IMG/VR virus record: IMGVR_UViG_3300020183_000020
Location: 1-64,000 of that record
Origin: a virus
Length of the DNA: 64,000 nt
Strand: one strand, 5' to 3'
Shown here piece after piece: positions 19,915 through 30,272 of the stretch. Each line of letters opens with the position of its first letter. Position 1 is the first letter of the stretch. The notes beneath the pieces are model-generated. The model was given only the letters and a program-made list of their open reading frames with translations. It searched no databases and was not told where the DNA came from. The translations under genes were made by a program, and so were the position numbers.

Positions 19915-22557
19915 ATGTTAATGGATATGTTGGAGGCGTTGCGTAGACCACAAATCTCGCAGAAGCTGTGGATGAAGGATTGTGAACTGATCCTCGGCAC
20001 ACGCGATAATCTAGATAGGGCAATAGATGAGTGCATAAATGCCCCTAGTGGCACATACGGATTGGATACGGAGACCACAGGGTTAGACCTGAGGGTTTTT
20101 AATGGACGCACAAGAGAATCAATTGTGGGGGTGTGTCTTGCCCCTACTAAGAATAAGGGATATTATTTTCCCATCGCTCATCAAGAAGGACAAGAACACA
20201 ATGTACCTTGGCGGTTGATTGGACCTGCCCTTGAGAGGTTATTTGATTTATCTGTAGAAGCACAGCCTGTATTTCACAATGCTGGCTTTGACCAAGAGGT
20301 TTTGGAGTTTAATGGATACCACAAGGGTTTGGGGGAAGCCCGTTGGGATAGTGGCAAGTGGCATGACACCTACATTTTGAAGTATCTTCTTGATCCTCGC
20401 ACCAAGGGAGGACGCGGCTTAAAGCATTTGAGTAAGGAGTTACTTGAGCGTGAGATGATAGAGTTGGATGATCTCATGCCTGATAGTCCGAATAAGAACT
20501 ACTCCAAGATAGACCCAAGTTGGGAACCTTGTAAGTGGTATGGGGCTGCGGATGCCATGTGTACGCTTGCTTTGTATGAGGTGCTGAATAAGCAATACAC
20601 AAACAGCGGTTATCACACTAACACAATCTACGCACTAGAGAAGTCAACTCTTGTCTCTGTTAGATGGGTTCATCGTAACAGGGTTTATGTCGATCAAAAG
20701 ACGGCGTTGAGGTTTTGCCAAGATGGACAGAAGGAGTGGTTTGATTCTCTGTTAGATGTGTACAAGGGAGCTTCTGATCTTGTGGGCAGAGATATACTGC
20801 CCAACTATATACGGATACTTAAGGGCGACATTAAAGGTCTAAATCGCTTCGACCACACGGAAGTGGGAAATGGATACAACTACAAAATCCGTGTAGACGA
20901 AGCCCGCAAGGAAGCGGATAGAATGTATCCTGATATAAAGGGAACAATCACCAAATCCGTTCGCGTACTAAGCACGGCTAGTTTTCAAACCGATGAAGAA
21001 GGAGAGCTAGAGATAGATGGAGATATTCAGGGAGGGGCAGGTATGGAGGATGTGGACTTCCCGATTGTTTACGATCTACTCAGTCCACAGCAACTCGGAT
21101 TGTTATTTAGAGAACTGCAAGTCCCGAATCTCATCGCAACAGAGAAGTCGGGTCAGGTAGCCACCTCAGGCGATGTTCTTGATGAAGTTATTAAAAAGGC
21201 GAGCGAGAGCTTTCCCTTTATGGATAAGGTGAAGCGTTATCGTATGCTTGGGAAGTCCCTTGGGCAATATCTTATTCCCTTTGTGGAAGATATTGCAGAA
21301 GATGGGACGCTCATGCCTAAGTTTGATCAGTTTGCCGCTGATACAGGTCGTTTCTCGTGTAAAACTACTAGTGACCCCAAAAAGACAAAAGATGGTGGTT
21401 GCCGTGTACCCTTTCAAGGCATCCCTGCCACCTATGATCCTACGAAACCTGAGTGCATCTCAAACCTCCGTAAGTGCATAGCGGTGAGACACCCTGATTG
21501 GTATCTCGCCGCTATCGACTACTCAGGTGTTGAGCTACGACTTGTCACCAATCTCTCAGGCGAGCCAAAATGGATAAAAGCATTTTTTGAGTGTTCAGAG
21601 TGCGGGAATCAGTTTCCAAGAGAAATGGACGACCAAGGCTTTAGAGCCGCACCACCTCCTGTTTGTATTTGTGGTTCGGATAAGATTGGTGATTTGCACA
21701 CCATTACTGCCGTAGCCTTCTATGGGGAAGCCTCTAAATCTCGCCCCGATTGGAAAGCCCTTCGTGGTAACGGCAAAGCCTGTAACTTCGCTCTCTCATA
21801 TGGCGGTACAGGCAAAGCAGTTCAACGCTCCATCGGCTGTAATGAAGAGGAAGGGAATGAAAAGTACAAGGTCTTCACCAAGACCTATGATGTACTAACT
21901 GCCTGGTGGGATCATCAGCATCAGTTCGGTCGTAAAAACGGATATGTCAAAACCGCTATGGGGCGTGTACAACCCCTGCCCTCCATCAAGGATAAAAACT
22001 TCCGTCATCGCTCTAAAGATGAACGCAAGGCGGTGAATGGACCCGTTCAGGGAACCTCCGCAGATGTCACTAAACTCGCTATGAGCCTCATCTACAAGAC
22101 GGTTAAAAAGAACGGATGGCTCGACCGATTTAAAATGATCCTCACCGTCCACGATGAAATAGTCTTTGAAATCCACAAAGACCTTCTGACTGAGGCAATC
22201 CCCGTGGTCTGCGAAATCATGACCCGCAATAAAATCATCCAACGCATGAATTGGGATGTCCCCCTACTTGTCGATGTTGAGCTAGGTAAGGATTGGACAG
22301 TCCCTGATAACCTACGCGACATTCAACAAGGTGAAGGTGACCCCGAACTTATCCGTATCTTCGGTGGGAAAAAGCCTGAGCCAAAACCCAAAGCCCCTCC
22401 CAAGCCCGCTGAACCTCCAAAACCCACCTATGAGTTAACTGAACTATCCGAAAAGTCTGCTCAAGATGTGGCTTATTGGATAAAGTCGCAGGCGGGATTA
22501 TCTTTTGTCGTTAAATATCAGGGCAGGGATATATCCGCCCTTTTCAGGCCTAGCTAA
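19915..22557 (+). CDS. polA: Family A DNA polymerase with 3'-5' exonuclease
   Basis: LDTETTG, HNAGFD, YGAAD; motif A DYSGVELR, motif B KACNFALSYG, motif C VHDE. Confidence 0.96.
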   Translation: MLMDMLEALRRPQISQKLWMKDCELILGTRDNLDRAIDECINAPSGTYGLDTETTGLDLRVFNGRTRESIVGVCLAPTKNKGYYFPIAHQEGQEHNVPWRLIGPALERLFDLSVEAQPVFHNAGFDQEVLEFNGYHKGLGEARWDSGKWHDTYILKYLLDPRTKGGRGLKHLSKELLEREMIELDDLMPDSPNKNYSKIDPSWEPCKWYGAADAMCTLALYEVLNKQYTNSGYHTNTIYALEKSTLVSVRWVHRNRVYVDQKTALRFCQDGQKEWFDSLLDVYKGASDLVGRDILPNYIRILKGDIKGLNRFDHTEVGNGYNYKIRVDEARKEADRMYPDIKGTITKSVRVLSTASFQTDEEGELEIDGDIQGGAGMEDVDFPIVYDLLSPQQLGLLFRELQVPNLIATEKSGQVATSGDVLDEVIKKASESFPFMDKVKRYRMLGKSLGQYLIPFVEDIAEDGTLMPKFDQFAADTGRFSCKTTSDPKKTKDGGCRVPFQGIPATYDPTKPECISNLRKCIAVRHPDWYLAAIDYSGVELRLVTNLSGEPKWIKAFFECSECGNQFPREMDDQGFRAAPPPVCICGSDKIGDLHTITAVAFYGEASKSRPDWKALRGNGKACNFALSYGGTGKAVQRSIGCNEEEGNEKYKVFTKTYDVLTAWWDHQHQFGRKNGYVKTAMGRVQPLPSIKDKNFRHRSKDERKAVNGPVQGTSADVTKLAMSLIYKTVKKNGWLDRFKMILTVHDEIVFEIHKDLLTEAIPVVCEIMTRNKIIQRMNWDVPLLVDVELGKDWTVPDNLRDIQQGEGDPELIRIFGGKKPEPKPKAPPKPAEPPKPTYELTELSEKSAQDVAYWIKSQAGLSFVVKYQGRDISALFRPS

Positions 22558-22596
22558 ACCTTCTCCCCAAAGGGGGGAAAGGATAATCCCCCCTCT

Positions 22597-23103
22597 ATGA
22601 AAAAAGACCTCTTCTCCGCTTGTTTTGAAGACGCTAAAAAAGCTGATCCCTCTGTCACCAACACTCAGGTACAGGAAATCTTCTGCCGTGTGTGCAAAAA
22701 TAGAGAGTGCGGTCGGGCATCTTGGGCTACTTCAACTTGGGATACACGCATCTCCACTCAGGTAGACCGACTTATCCTAAACCCTAATATCACTTCAGCC
22801 ACGGATAGCTCTCGATGGCAAGGACTATCCAATTTCGAGAACTTCGTAGAGCCCAATAAGATAGAAGTGTGGGGGAACACGCCCAAAGAAACACCCCCCT
22901 TAATTATAATAGACCCTAGCCCAATTCCTCCTCAGGTCCAACCGAATACTTCGCAGGTACAATCGCCTAAGGCGAGTGCTTTTAATACGCCACCACCTAA
23001 TGGAAGCCTTCTGCTAGGTGGAAACACACAACCTAAACCCGATCCTTGGGCTGCCCCTACACCTAAACTAAAGGTGGGGGGGACTTTCAAGATGGGAGGA
23101 TAA
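22597..23103 (+). CDS. Hypothetical protein (CxxCxxxxC, Pro-rich tail)
   Basis: ORF in the replication cluster. Confidence 0.75.
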   Translation: MKKDLFSACFEDAKKADPSVTNTQVQEIFCRVCKNRECGRASWATSTWDTRISTQVDRLILNPNITSATDSSRWQGLSNFENFVEPNKIEVWGNTPKETPPLIIIDPSPIPPQVQPNTSQVQSPKASAFNTPPPNGSLLLGGNTQPKPDPWAAPTPKLKVGGTFKMGG

Positions 23104-23104
23104 T

Positions 23105-23320
23105 ATGATAGAACTAGTTATTACTCAGATGTATCGAGACGGATATAAAGTAGTAGTCCCAACCCAACTGAAGCCTAAACTACGCTTACTGCCTTATGTA
23201 GATAAGTGCGTCTACACAGACCCCGAAGAAATTAAAACAGGTGATCGCTTGGTCTTTGTTGATTGGGTCAACTCGACCGATACCGACAAGGCGAAGTGGA
23301 TGAAGCACTTTGTATCTTGA
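23105..23320 (+). CDS. Hypothetical protein
   Basis: GGAGG RBS. Confidence 0.65.
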   Translation: MIELVITQMYRDGYKVVVPTQLKPKLRLLPYVDKCVYTDPEEIKTGDRLVFVDWVNSTDTDKAKWMKHFVS

Positions 23321-23651
23321 GTGGAAAGTGTCCCCGCAGGGCTTGATACCCACCGACATACTCTTAGACTTCTTAGCTAAGAAACCCGAAGCTATCCAAG
23401 AAGCCAAAGATTGGGTCAACAGGAACGGACGGATTATCCTATTTACCAAGAGCAAAATAAATGGGGATGAGGATATTTGGGTCACAGATCAGGGTGAGAT
23501 AATCCTGCGTACCAAGAACCATTGTAAAATCCCTCAACTCAGAATCCTCGCCTTTCATACCAACATGGATGTCTACCGACAAGTCTTAGCTCTCGGACAA
23601 GACCTGAACGAAGTCATAAATTTGTTAAAAAAACATGAACCCTTGTTTTAA
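23310..23651 (+). CDS. Hypothetical protein
   Basis: Overlapping operon gene. Confidence 0.6.
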   Translation: MYLEWKVSPQGLIPTDILLDFLAKKPEAIQEAKDWVNRNGRIILFTKSKINGDEDIWVTDQGEIILRTKNHCKIPQLRILAFHTNMDVYRQVLALGQDLNEVINLLKKHEPLF

Positions 23652-23709
23652 GGGTATTATAAGGGTACTTGAGGGGTTATCAACCCACCCCCCCTCTTTG
23701 GAGTTAGTC

Positions 23710-23901
23710 ATGAGTGCAACCATGTCTCAGCGTATCGCGTCCCTTAAGAACCTAATCATCGAGATCGAGAGCGATGCTCAGAAGTCCGACAACGGCAACA
23801 AGGCAGCAGGTGTCCGTGTCCGTAAGGCTCTTCTTGAGGCTGTTAATCAGATCAAGGATGCTCGCAAGGCTTCTCTTGAGGGTCGTACAGAGAACGAGTA
23901 A
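23710..23901 (+). CDS. Hc1-family histone H1-like protein
   Basis: DAQKSDNGNKAAGVRVRKAL; GGAG RBS before ATG 23710. Confidence 0.82.
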   Translation: MSATMSQRIASLKNLIIEIESDAQKSDNGNKAAGVRVRKALLEAVNQIKDARKASLEGRTENE

Positions 23902-23923
23902 TACCCAACAAGATTAAGTGCCG

Positions 23924-23969
23924 AGACAAACCCCCCTTGAGGTTATAAGTCCTCAAGGGGGGTTTGTCT
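23924..23969 (+). terminator. Bidirectional terminator hairpin
   Basis: 19-bp perfect inverted repeat between convergent genes. Confidence 0.85.
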
Positions 23970-24335
23970 TTATAAGACACCCCAAGAGCCATCCCATAAG
24001 GTGTACTTCACTCGACTAAGCTGGCTAGCCCTTATGTGTTTAAGACAATGAACACAAGGTCTAGCCATCGTTGTGGAACCATCCTTTAAAAACCTCAAGA
24101 CCTCAAGGGTATCCCCAGGTTGGGAGAACCTCAAAGCGGACATCTCAGCATGAAGTGTACAAACTACCGTACCATCAGCCGCTATTCTCCTGAACCTAGG
24201 GTGTGTCTTATCTGTGTTCACTCCAATATAGACAGGCTTACCCCTTCTGTATAGCACACAGGCTACATGATACTTCCCCCCATTCGACAGGGCTAATTCC
24301 ATAGCTTGTTTATGTATGGGTTTCATCTGTCTCAC
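23970..24335 (-). CDS. Cytidine/dCMP deaminase-like protein
   Basis: HAE...PCxxC zinc motif. Confidence 0.85.
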   Translation of the reverse strand: MRQMKPIHKQAMELALSNGGKYHVACVLYRRGKPVYIGVNTDKTHPRFRRIAADGTVVCTLHAEMSALRFSQPGDTLEVLRFLKDGSTTMARPCVHCLKHIRASQLSRVKYTLWDGSWGVL

Positions 24336-24349
24336 ACTAAGGTTGCCAT

Positions 24350-24766
24350 ATGGATATCTCTCGGGTCATCCAAGATTGTCTTGACCTCACTTGGACTCCA
24401 CAACAAGCCCGCGTTAGAGTTATAGAGTACAACCCCGCAAAGGAATCCCTGTCCTTATCTTTTGAAGCACAACTCACAATCATCCACACCCACCACACAA
24501 TATCCATTTCAGCCCACAACGCATACTACACCTACATCTATACCTTCTTCCCCAAAGGTAAACCAAGAAATATAAAAGGTAACGGACTAGTCCACCACCA
24601 ACACGACTTGGACACACAACTAGACGCTTTATTGTTGGAAGTTATCCGTGAGGCAGCGGAACACGCTACAAACTCTACGAATATCAAAATCCTAAAAGCA
24701 CTTATCCAAGCTCAACCCAACAAGTCCTTCCTGCGGAGGATATATGATAGGCTCTGTCACCGATAG
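24350..24766 (+). CDS. Hypothetical protein
   Basis: 138-aa ORF. Confidence 0.65.
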   Translation: MDISRVIQDCLDLTWTPQQARVRVIEYNPAKESLSLSFEAQLTIIHTHHTISISAHNAYYTYIYTFFPKGKPRNIKGNGLVHHQHDLDTQLDALLLEVIREAAEHATNSTNIKILKALIQAQPNKSFLRRIYDRLCHR

Positions 24767-24902
24767 TCTGATCTCCCTTTTTCCCCTCATCTATCAGAAA
24801 GTATCGAGGTTTAAAATGTGGGACTGTTTCTATAGTGAAGAACTGCTAATGTGTGTCTGCATTTTGATTGATACACTCACTCTCGCTTAGAATTCAAAGA
24901 AC

Positions 24903-25349
24903 ATGAAAACATACGCTTTCTTATCCAATAAGTCGCAGCTCTCCGAAAAAGATGTTAGACGGATACCCAAACTAGCCCTATTTTTATCCAATAAGGGTTT
25001 CACGCTGTGTACTCGAAATGAGCATCCCGCTGAAATGCTCATACAGGAAGCAACACCTAACAAGGTCATCCTAGAGCACGGCGTAAACTACTGCGGATAC
25101 TTTTCCGATAAAACACTTAAACTAGGCTCCGAGATTTGTCCTATTACCCTCAATACGCCTAGTATTGAGATATCCAACAAGCTCAAGAACATCCTTCTCC
25201 TTGAGGGGCGAGACTTCTTTGTTTATCTAGCAGACACTCCCGATGAACATCTAGCAGTCTCACTTAGTGCCGCTTCCTCCTTCGGCATCCCCACCTATTC
25301 CATGTCTACTCAGGAAACGGAGTTGGCTCTGTTTCTCAACAGCCTATAA
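24903..25349 (+). CDS. Hypothetical protein
   Basis: 148-aa ORF. Confidence 0.7.
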   Translation: MKTYAFLSNKSQLSEKDVRRIPKLALFLSNKGFTLCTRNEHPAEMLIQEATPNKVILEHGVNYCGYFSDKTLKLGSEICPITLNTPSIEISNKLKNILLLEGRDFFVYLADTPDEHLAVSLSAASSFGIPTYSMSTQETELALFLNSL

Positions 25350-25353
25350 AATC

Positions 25354-25399
25354 GTAAGGGATTTGACCCTTGGTTTTACCCTTGGGTCAAATCCCTTAC
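25354..25399. terminator. 16-bp perfect hairpin between a CDS and tRNA-Val
   Basis: GTAAGGGATTTGACCC...GGGTCAAATCCCTTAC. Confidence 0.75.
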
Positions 25400-25461
25400 A
25401 ACACCACGCACACCAACCTAGGGCTGGTGGCTCTGCCCACACGGAATTATGCAGGTCAGAG

Positions 25462-25534
25462 TACGACCAACAGGACTTGAACCTGTGACATTCACGGTGT
25501 AAGCGTGACGCTCTACCAACTGAGCTATAGTCGC
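25462..25534 (-). tRNA. tRNA-Val(UAC)
   Basis: Loop CTTACAC; upstream TTGAAA-N16-TATAAG. Confidence 0.95.
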
Positions 25535-25965
25535 ATCTCCACACTTATACCAAATTTAAATTCTCTTTCAATCTTTTTCAGGTTATCCGAACTACAAATC
25601 CGAATCCTTTGGGGGTTTTATTGACTTGGAGAATAAAACCCCAAGGGAGAGTGCAGGTGAACGATCTATTTTGGGTTTGGTGGTGCGATAGACTTTGGGA
25701 TAACCTAATCGTTTCGGACGAGGCTCGGTTTAAAGAAGCCCTTAATAAAGGCATTCTGCCGCTTATTGAAGACAAAGTATTTAAGATACTAAGCGAGTGT
25801 AGCGGAAACCACACTTGGAGAGCCGAGAGAGTCCTACAGAGGGCATCAGCTATTCATAATGATCCATATAGAGCCTGTGATCTGCTGTCTGCGATCTTAG
25901 ACCTCTCTTGTGATAGGGCGTTTATAGCTGAATTCCACAATGATATATATCGAGAGGATCAAATC

Positions 25966-26592
25966 ATGAGTTGCACCATATCGCCCGCCTCCGTTATTAC
26001 AAGAGAAGGCAACCTTTGGGTGATTGACGGAAAGACAAAGGTCTCGGATTTAGACCAATGCAAAACACTCAAGTCTATCCCTAAATCGGATGTCGAAGCC
26101 GCTCCCTCAGAACCTTTGAGCCCTGTAGTCATTCAGCCTCCACCACAACCTATTGTTCAAACCCAACCTATTGTTCAAACCCAACCGATTGTTCAGCAAC
26201 CAAGCCAAGACCCGCTAGAGCTAGACCTTGTACAAGTTATCCGCTTGGCAGGAGACAATGTATGGCTCGCCGCTTTACTTGTCATGGCTGTCCTAGCTAA
26301 GAAATACATCGACAAGCTAGAACTATCCAAAGCCACACAAGAACAGTTAAACTCTCAATGTCACGAAAGACACCAAGAAGCACTTAATCAGGTTGGCACC
26401 ATCAACCAAGGCTTATCCAATGTCACTAGAGAAGCCAAGGAATTGGATAGTAAGGTACGGGGCGAATTGGGGAAGCAAATGTCCGACCTAGAGAAAAGAC
26501 TTCTCGCTGTAGAGATGGAGCTAAGATATCAGAAACCCGCTGCATCTCCCGTAGGTCGTCCGAAGAAAAATCCAACCGAGGATAACACCTAA
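25966..26592 (+). CDS. Membrane/coiled-coil protein, paralog of 61803-62402
   Basis: Class L motif at 25914-25925 and GAGG RBS; GDN-TM-KK..CxxRHQ shared with the paralog. Confidence 0.72.
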   Translation: MSCTISPASVITREGNLWVIDGKTKVSDLDQCKTLKSIPKSDVEAAPSEPLSPVVIQPPPQPIVQTQPIVQTQPIVQQPSQDPLELDLVQVIRLAGDNVWLAALLVMAVLAKKYIDKLELSKATQEQLNSQCHERHQEALNQVGTINQGLSNVTREAKELDSKVRGELGKQMSDLEKRLLAVEMELRYQKPAASPVGRPKKNPTEDNT

Positions 26593-26593
26593 A

Positions 26594-27490
26594 TCACAGG
26601 AAGTTTCGGGGCGAAAGAACGCCGCGTCCCGTGTGAGGTCCAAAGGCAGACCTGATGCCCACACCGTATTTGGGTTGTTGCAGTCCACGCATGAATTTTG
26701 TTGTGCGTGTTTTTGCTTCAACGGAAGATTGCCACATAGATTCGGCGGATGATTTTAGTCCTTCATATTTGGAGGATTTGTCAATACTGAGAGAGATGCC
26801 TCCTATGGAGTAATCAAACTCATCTACTATCCAATTCGCTTGTAAAGCCATAGCCGCGAATTGGATAGCTCCTTGTAAGATGGGAGTTCTCCAAGCGGGT
26901 TTTTGTAGGATGAGTTGATCGAGATTGGAAATATCTTCAGTTTCAGGGGGCTGCATATTCCACCAATCGAGCGATCTTTCTAGGTACTCTAGAAGTTCTT
27001 CATCTTCCCAAACTTGCCCGAAGACTCTGTTGTAGTTGTTGATGTGGGATTCGTTTTCAGGGGGTCTAAAGTGATAAAACTTATCGGGATTAGAATCTCT
27101 TAAAAGCATACGGAGCTTATAGACCATGGTCTTTTGACCTTCGGTCATGGAAACACCAAGAACAACAGCATCGGATACCACTTCAAACTCTTGAACTACG
27201 GTTTGAGGTGGGGAATTAACTAGTTCTTTAAGCGTCCATCTTATCCTATATCGTCCAAAAGTCGCGGTTGTGGGGATACGGACGGAGGCATAGTATTCAC
27301 CTACTGACGGGTTTTCGGGTATCCGTGCGGGGTCACCTATCAACACATCTGTTTCAGGTGGTCCAATATCCACAAAGTAAAGTGCGTAAGTAATCTCTGC
27401 CGCATTGGATACATTCCCTGCGGAGTTGGTTAAAAATATATCCAAATCTCCCCGACCAAGAATTTGATCCCTTTTGAATACAACAGCCAT
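26594..27490 (-). CDS. Putative head-tail adaptor with Ig-like N-terminus
   Basis: KLRMLLRD..WEDEEL..YSIGGISLS; class L motif and hairpin upstream. Confidence 0.55.
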   Translation of the reverse strand: MAVVFKRDQILGRGDLDIFLTNSAGNVSNAAEITYALYFVDIGPPETDVLIGDPARIPENPSVGEYYASVRIPTTATFGRYRIRWTLKELVNSPPQTVVQEFEVVSDAVVLGVSMTEGQKTMVYKLRMLLRDSNPDKFYHFRPPENESHINNYNRVFGQVWEDEELLEYLERSLDWWNMQPPETEDISNLDQLILQKPAWRTPILQGAIQFAAMALQANWIVDEFDYSIGGISLSIDKSSKYEGLKSSAESMWQSSVEAKTRTTKFMRGLQQPKYGVGIRSAFGPHTGRGVLSPRNFL

Positions 27491-27584
27491 TATTTACCTC
27501 CTGTAATTCCTAACAAAGGAGGTTTAATAAATGCTTTAACGCTCAACCCCGACCGCCAGCACTTAAAACTTAGTCATAGAGGGA

Positions 27585-28043
27585 TCAGTAGCTCATATCT
27601 AACCCAAATTTGGCATTACCGTTCTTGTCAGTCTCCATTCTAAGGGATAAGCGGCGTGTAGTTGCACCGGCCAAGGAGTTGGTAAAAGTGACCTCAACAG
27701 CGATGGTCGGTTCCTCTTGGGACCAGCCATCATAGCTATGTCCAGGGTGGGTGGAGATACCCGTCACCGCAGCATAGATGCTATTGAGATCGCTCCAATC
27801 CTCAATCTCTAGCTCGGAGTCAAGCTTCCCATATACGAAATTCTCAAGACTCTCACCTACGGATTTCCAATAGACGGTCTTGCCGTGGCTCCTGCGGAAC
27901 GCGGCTATGTACTTTTCACCCATTAACTGAGCCAGTTCTTGGAGGGTCTTGGCACCACGAGCTGAGGTCTTGGTACGACCTTCGAGGCGAGCAACGCGAG
28001 CCTCAAGGCTCTGTAAAACTTCCGATGCGGTTCTTCTGATCAT
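27585..28043 (-). CDS. Tag-bearing protein (MIRRTASEVLQSLEARVARLEGRTKTSA)
   Basis: 5' region homologous to the 6440 gene. Confidence 0.85.
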   Translation of the reverse strand: MIRRTASEVLQSLEARVARLEGRTKTSARGAKTLQELAQLMGEKYIAAFRRSHGKTVYWKSVGESLENFVYGKLDSELEIEDWSDLNSIYAAVTGISTHPGHSYDGWSQEEPTIAVEVTFTNSLAGATTRRLSLRMETDKNGNAKFGLDMSY

Positions 28044-28166
28044 GATCAAATCTCCAAAGGATTAATGGATAGGGGATTATCCATTTACGCCCTTGGCGGG
28101 TACTATAAATAAACTATAAGTTTTCCGACTATGTGTCGGTAATCTGAGACGGCAACCATTGACTGA

Positions 28167-28391
28167 GTGAGGTATCTTATGGTGATTGACTTGGCGGAGG
28201 GTTCATTTAACGCGAGGAAGGTAGCGTTGCAGATAGCGTTAGAATTTGTAACGAGAACAAGACCAGCGGGTAAAATGACAGAGGTGGAAGAACTTGTAAG
28301 AGTAGCGGCTGTGATAGAGGATTATCTACAGCCTATGAGCGAGGATTGTTCAGGTGATGTGGATGGATATGAGGATGGCATCACAGACTAG
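28167..28391 (+). CDS. Hypothetical protein
   Basis: ORF; GAGG RBS before the ATG at 28179. Confidence 0.6.
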   Translation: MRYLMVIDLAEGSFNARKVALQIALEFVTRTRPAGKMTEVEELVRVAAVIEDYLQPMSEDCSGDVDGYEDGITD

Positions 28392-28904
28392 TTAGTCCTT
28401 GGGCTCTTCTGTTTTGGGTATCCATTCATTAACGATGTTGGGAAGGACAACATCTTGTTCTTTCTTTGTCCTGATCGGGGGCTGTCCATTTGCGAAAATG
28501 GACAATCTTTCAATAACGGCATTTTGTAGTTCAAAGACTTGTTCCCTTAAGAGTTGCATTTGGATTTGGGCATCTCTTAGGCGAGCGATGAGAGCGGCAC
28601 GATCAGCATTAGCTGTGGAGAGTTTATCTTTAAGGTCTTCGACTTCGCTTGGGTCTCTTCCGCTAGCGATGGCGAGCATACTAGAAATAGACCCTGTAAG
28701 CATTCCGATGATGCCGATCAAAATATCCCTGTTTTGTTCTACTATCTGAACATAGGATAAAAAGATGATAAGGGCGACAATAAGGAACATGAAAACTACA
28801 CTTGCCCACCAGCCCCGTTTCGCCTTTTCTGTTTGTGTGAATTGCTTATTGTTCATGGTGGGTTTGTTTATTGGTGGAGCGGGGGTCTTTTGCGGCGTGT
28901 TCAT
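28392..28904 (-). CDS. 2-TM plus coiled-coil protein
   Basis: Two hydrophobic helices; ATGA-coupled to the cyclase gene. Confidence 0.78.
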   Translation of the reverse strand: MNTPQKTPAPPINKPTMNNKQFTQTEKAKRGWWASVVFMFLIVALIIFLSYVQIVEQNRDILIGIIGMLTGSISSMLAIASGRDPSEVEDLKDKLSTANADRAALIARLRDAQIQMQLLREQVFELQNAVIERLSIFANGQPPIRTKKEQDVVLPNIVNEWIPKTEEPKD

Positions 28905-29770
28905 TTGATACTCTTCCTGAGTAGATTGAGGACTTGTGTATACACGGCTTTGACGAAGTTGTTGACATCATCAATCCAATCGAATGACTGAAGTCCCGAA
29001 ACTTCTCGAAGGAAAGGGCTTGAGAGCAGGAAGTAGATAAGACATATCCATAGAAATCCGCATATCCACAAGAGTTTGTAATAGAGAAACCAAAGTCGTT
29101 CTTTTCGTGTAAGGTTAACCCAACGGATTTTTGATTTTTTGAGCCCTTTTATTCTCTTTGCCTTTTCCGTATCGGGGGGAGGATCAAGGCTTTCAAGTGT
29201 TTCCCCTACGGCATAAATCTCTTGGGCTTGTCGAACACCCTTAAACTTGTACCTGCCTACACAAACATATCGGGTATTGGGTGGAGTGTCTTTATTGGTG
29301 CGGAAACGGATAACATTCATGGCTTCTCTTGTCAGGAGAACCTGTCCCGATACGCATAAGGACATGGTACGAGCAGCGATGTTTTTAGCCAATCCCTCTA
29401 GCTCTATCCGTTTTGCATTTGCAGCTACCCACACATCATCCTGATGGACTTCGATGATTTTATCCCAATGGATACCTACCCTAGCCCCAATCCCTGTGAC
29501 AGGCGGGATTGTCTTTTGGTAGACGAGAGCGAAGTTGACTGCATCTATGACATTTTCAAAGGAGCATAAGAAACCATCGGAGCGGTCTATTTCTCTACCC
29601 CTGAAGCGATATAACAATGACCTAGTTGCTCTATCATGCTTTTGAAAGTGAAGTGCTGCGGCTTTTGCTCCATACTTTTGGACAAATGCTGTTGAACCTA
29701 TTAGGTCTAGCAACAAAATCGCTAGCTTACGCTCCTCCATCCACACACCACTTTTCGGTGGTTCTACCAT
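28901..29770 (-). CDS. Class III nucleotide cyclase with C-terminal TM
   Basis: LLDLIGST..EIDRSDGF..RVGIH..NIAART..GQVLLT..FKG; GGAGG RBS before 29770. Confidence 0.88.
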   Translation of the reverse strand: MVEPPKSGVWMEERKLAILLLDLIGSTAFVQKYGAKAAALHFQKHDRATRSLLYRFRGREIDRSDGFLCSFENVIDAVNFALVYQKTIPPVTGIGARVGIHWDKIIEVHQDDVWVAANAKRIELEGLAKNIAARTMSLCVSGQVLLTREAMNVIRFRTNKDTPPNTRYVCVGRYKFKGVRQAQEIYAVGETLESLDPPPDTEKAKRIKGLKKSKIRWVNLTRKERLWFLYYKLLWICGFLWICLIYFLLSSPFLREVSGLQSFDWIDDVNNFVKAVYTQVLNLLRKSIK

Positions 29771-29861
29771 TTTTACACCTCCACCGCTATTAGATAAAAC
29801 CATCCAATAATAGAAGCTCTATCGGGGTTGTGCGTATGTGATCATAGGGGGGCAAGAACAG

Positions 29862-30272
29862 ATGAACCAACCTGCCTTGATAGACTTCTTAGCCGACTTG
29901 AAGACTCAAATAAGTCCTCACAATGGTCGGCTTGTTCAGACACAAGAAGAAGTGTCGCTTAAAGGAATATCTGTATCCAAAATGGATAAGTCTGCATATG
30001 GGCTTACATTATCCATAAAACTCTTGAACCCACCTCGCTTATCCATTACACATAAGAATAAGGTCTTAGTTGAGACGGATAATTGGAGGGACATAACTGA
30101 TCCCACGAGAGACCCTAGATTTAAGCATCTTATAACGAGCTATCTACACAAAGCCTTTGATAAAGTATCCGATAAGGATAAATACATGGGATTGAGTTCA
30201 ATAGAAGGGGAAGGAACGATGAAGAGGGCGGAAAGTATCCGCAGGGTAGTTAAGGCTTACTTAGGAGACTGA
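29862..30272 (+). CDS. Hypothetical late protein with C-terminal KRAESIRRVVKAYL
   Basis: TA-N5-TCTAT at 29811-29822. Confidence 0.72.
   Translation: MNQPALIDFLADLKTQISPHNGRLVQTQEEVSLKGISVSKMDKSAYGLTLSIKLLNPPRLSITHKNKVLVETDNWRDITDPTRDPRFKHLITSYLHKAFDKVSDKDKYMGLSSIEGEGTMKRAESIRRVVKAYLGD

Noticed and set aside
25400-25461. Theta (HDV-like) ribozyme after tRNA-Val or other tRNAs
   Set aside because: Hairpins are present but I could not fit the nested double pseudoknot and catalytic motif
25609-25965. N-terminal 119 aa of the 327-aa ORF
   Set aside because: The late motif, the RBS and the paralog all favour a start at 25966; a minus-strand ORF (25578-25814) may occupy part of this stretch
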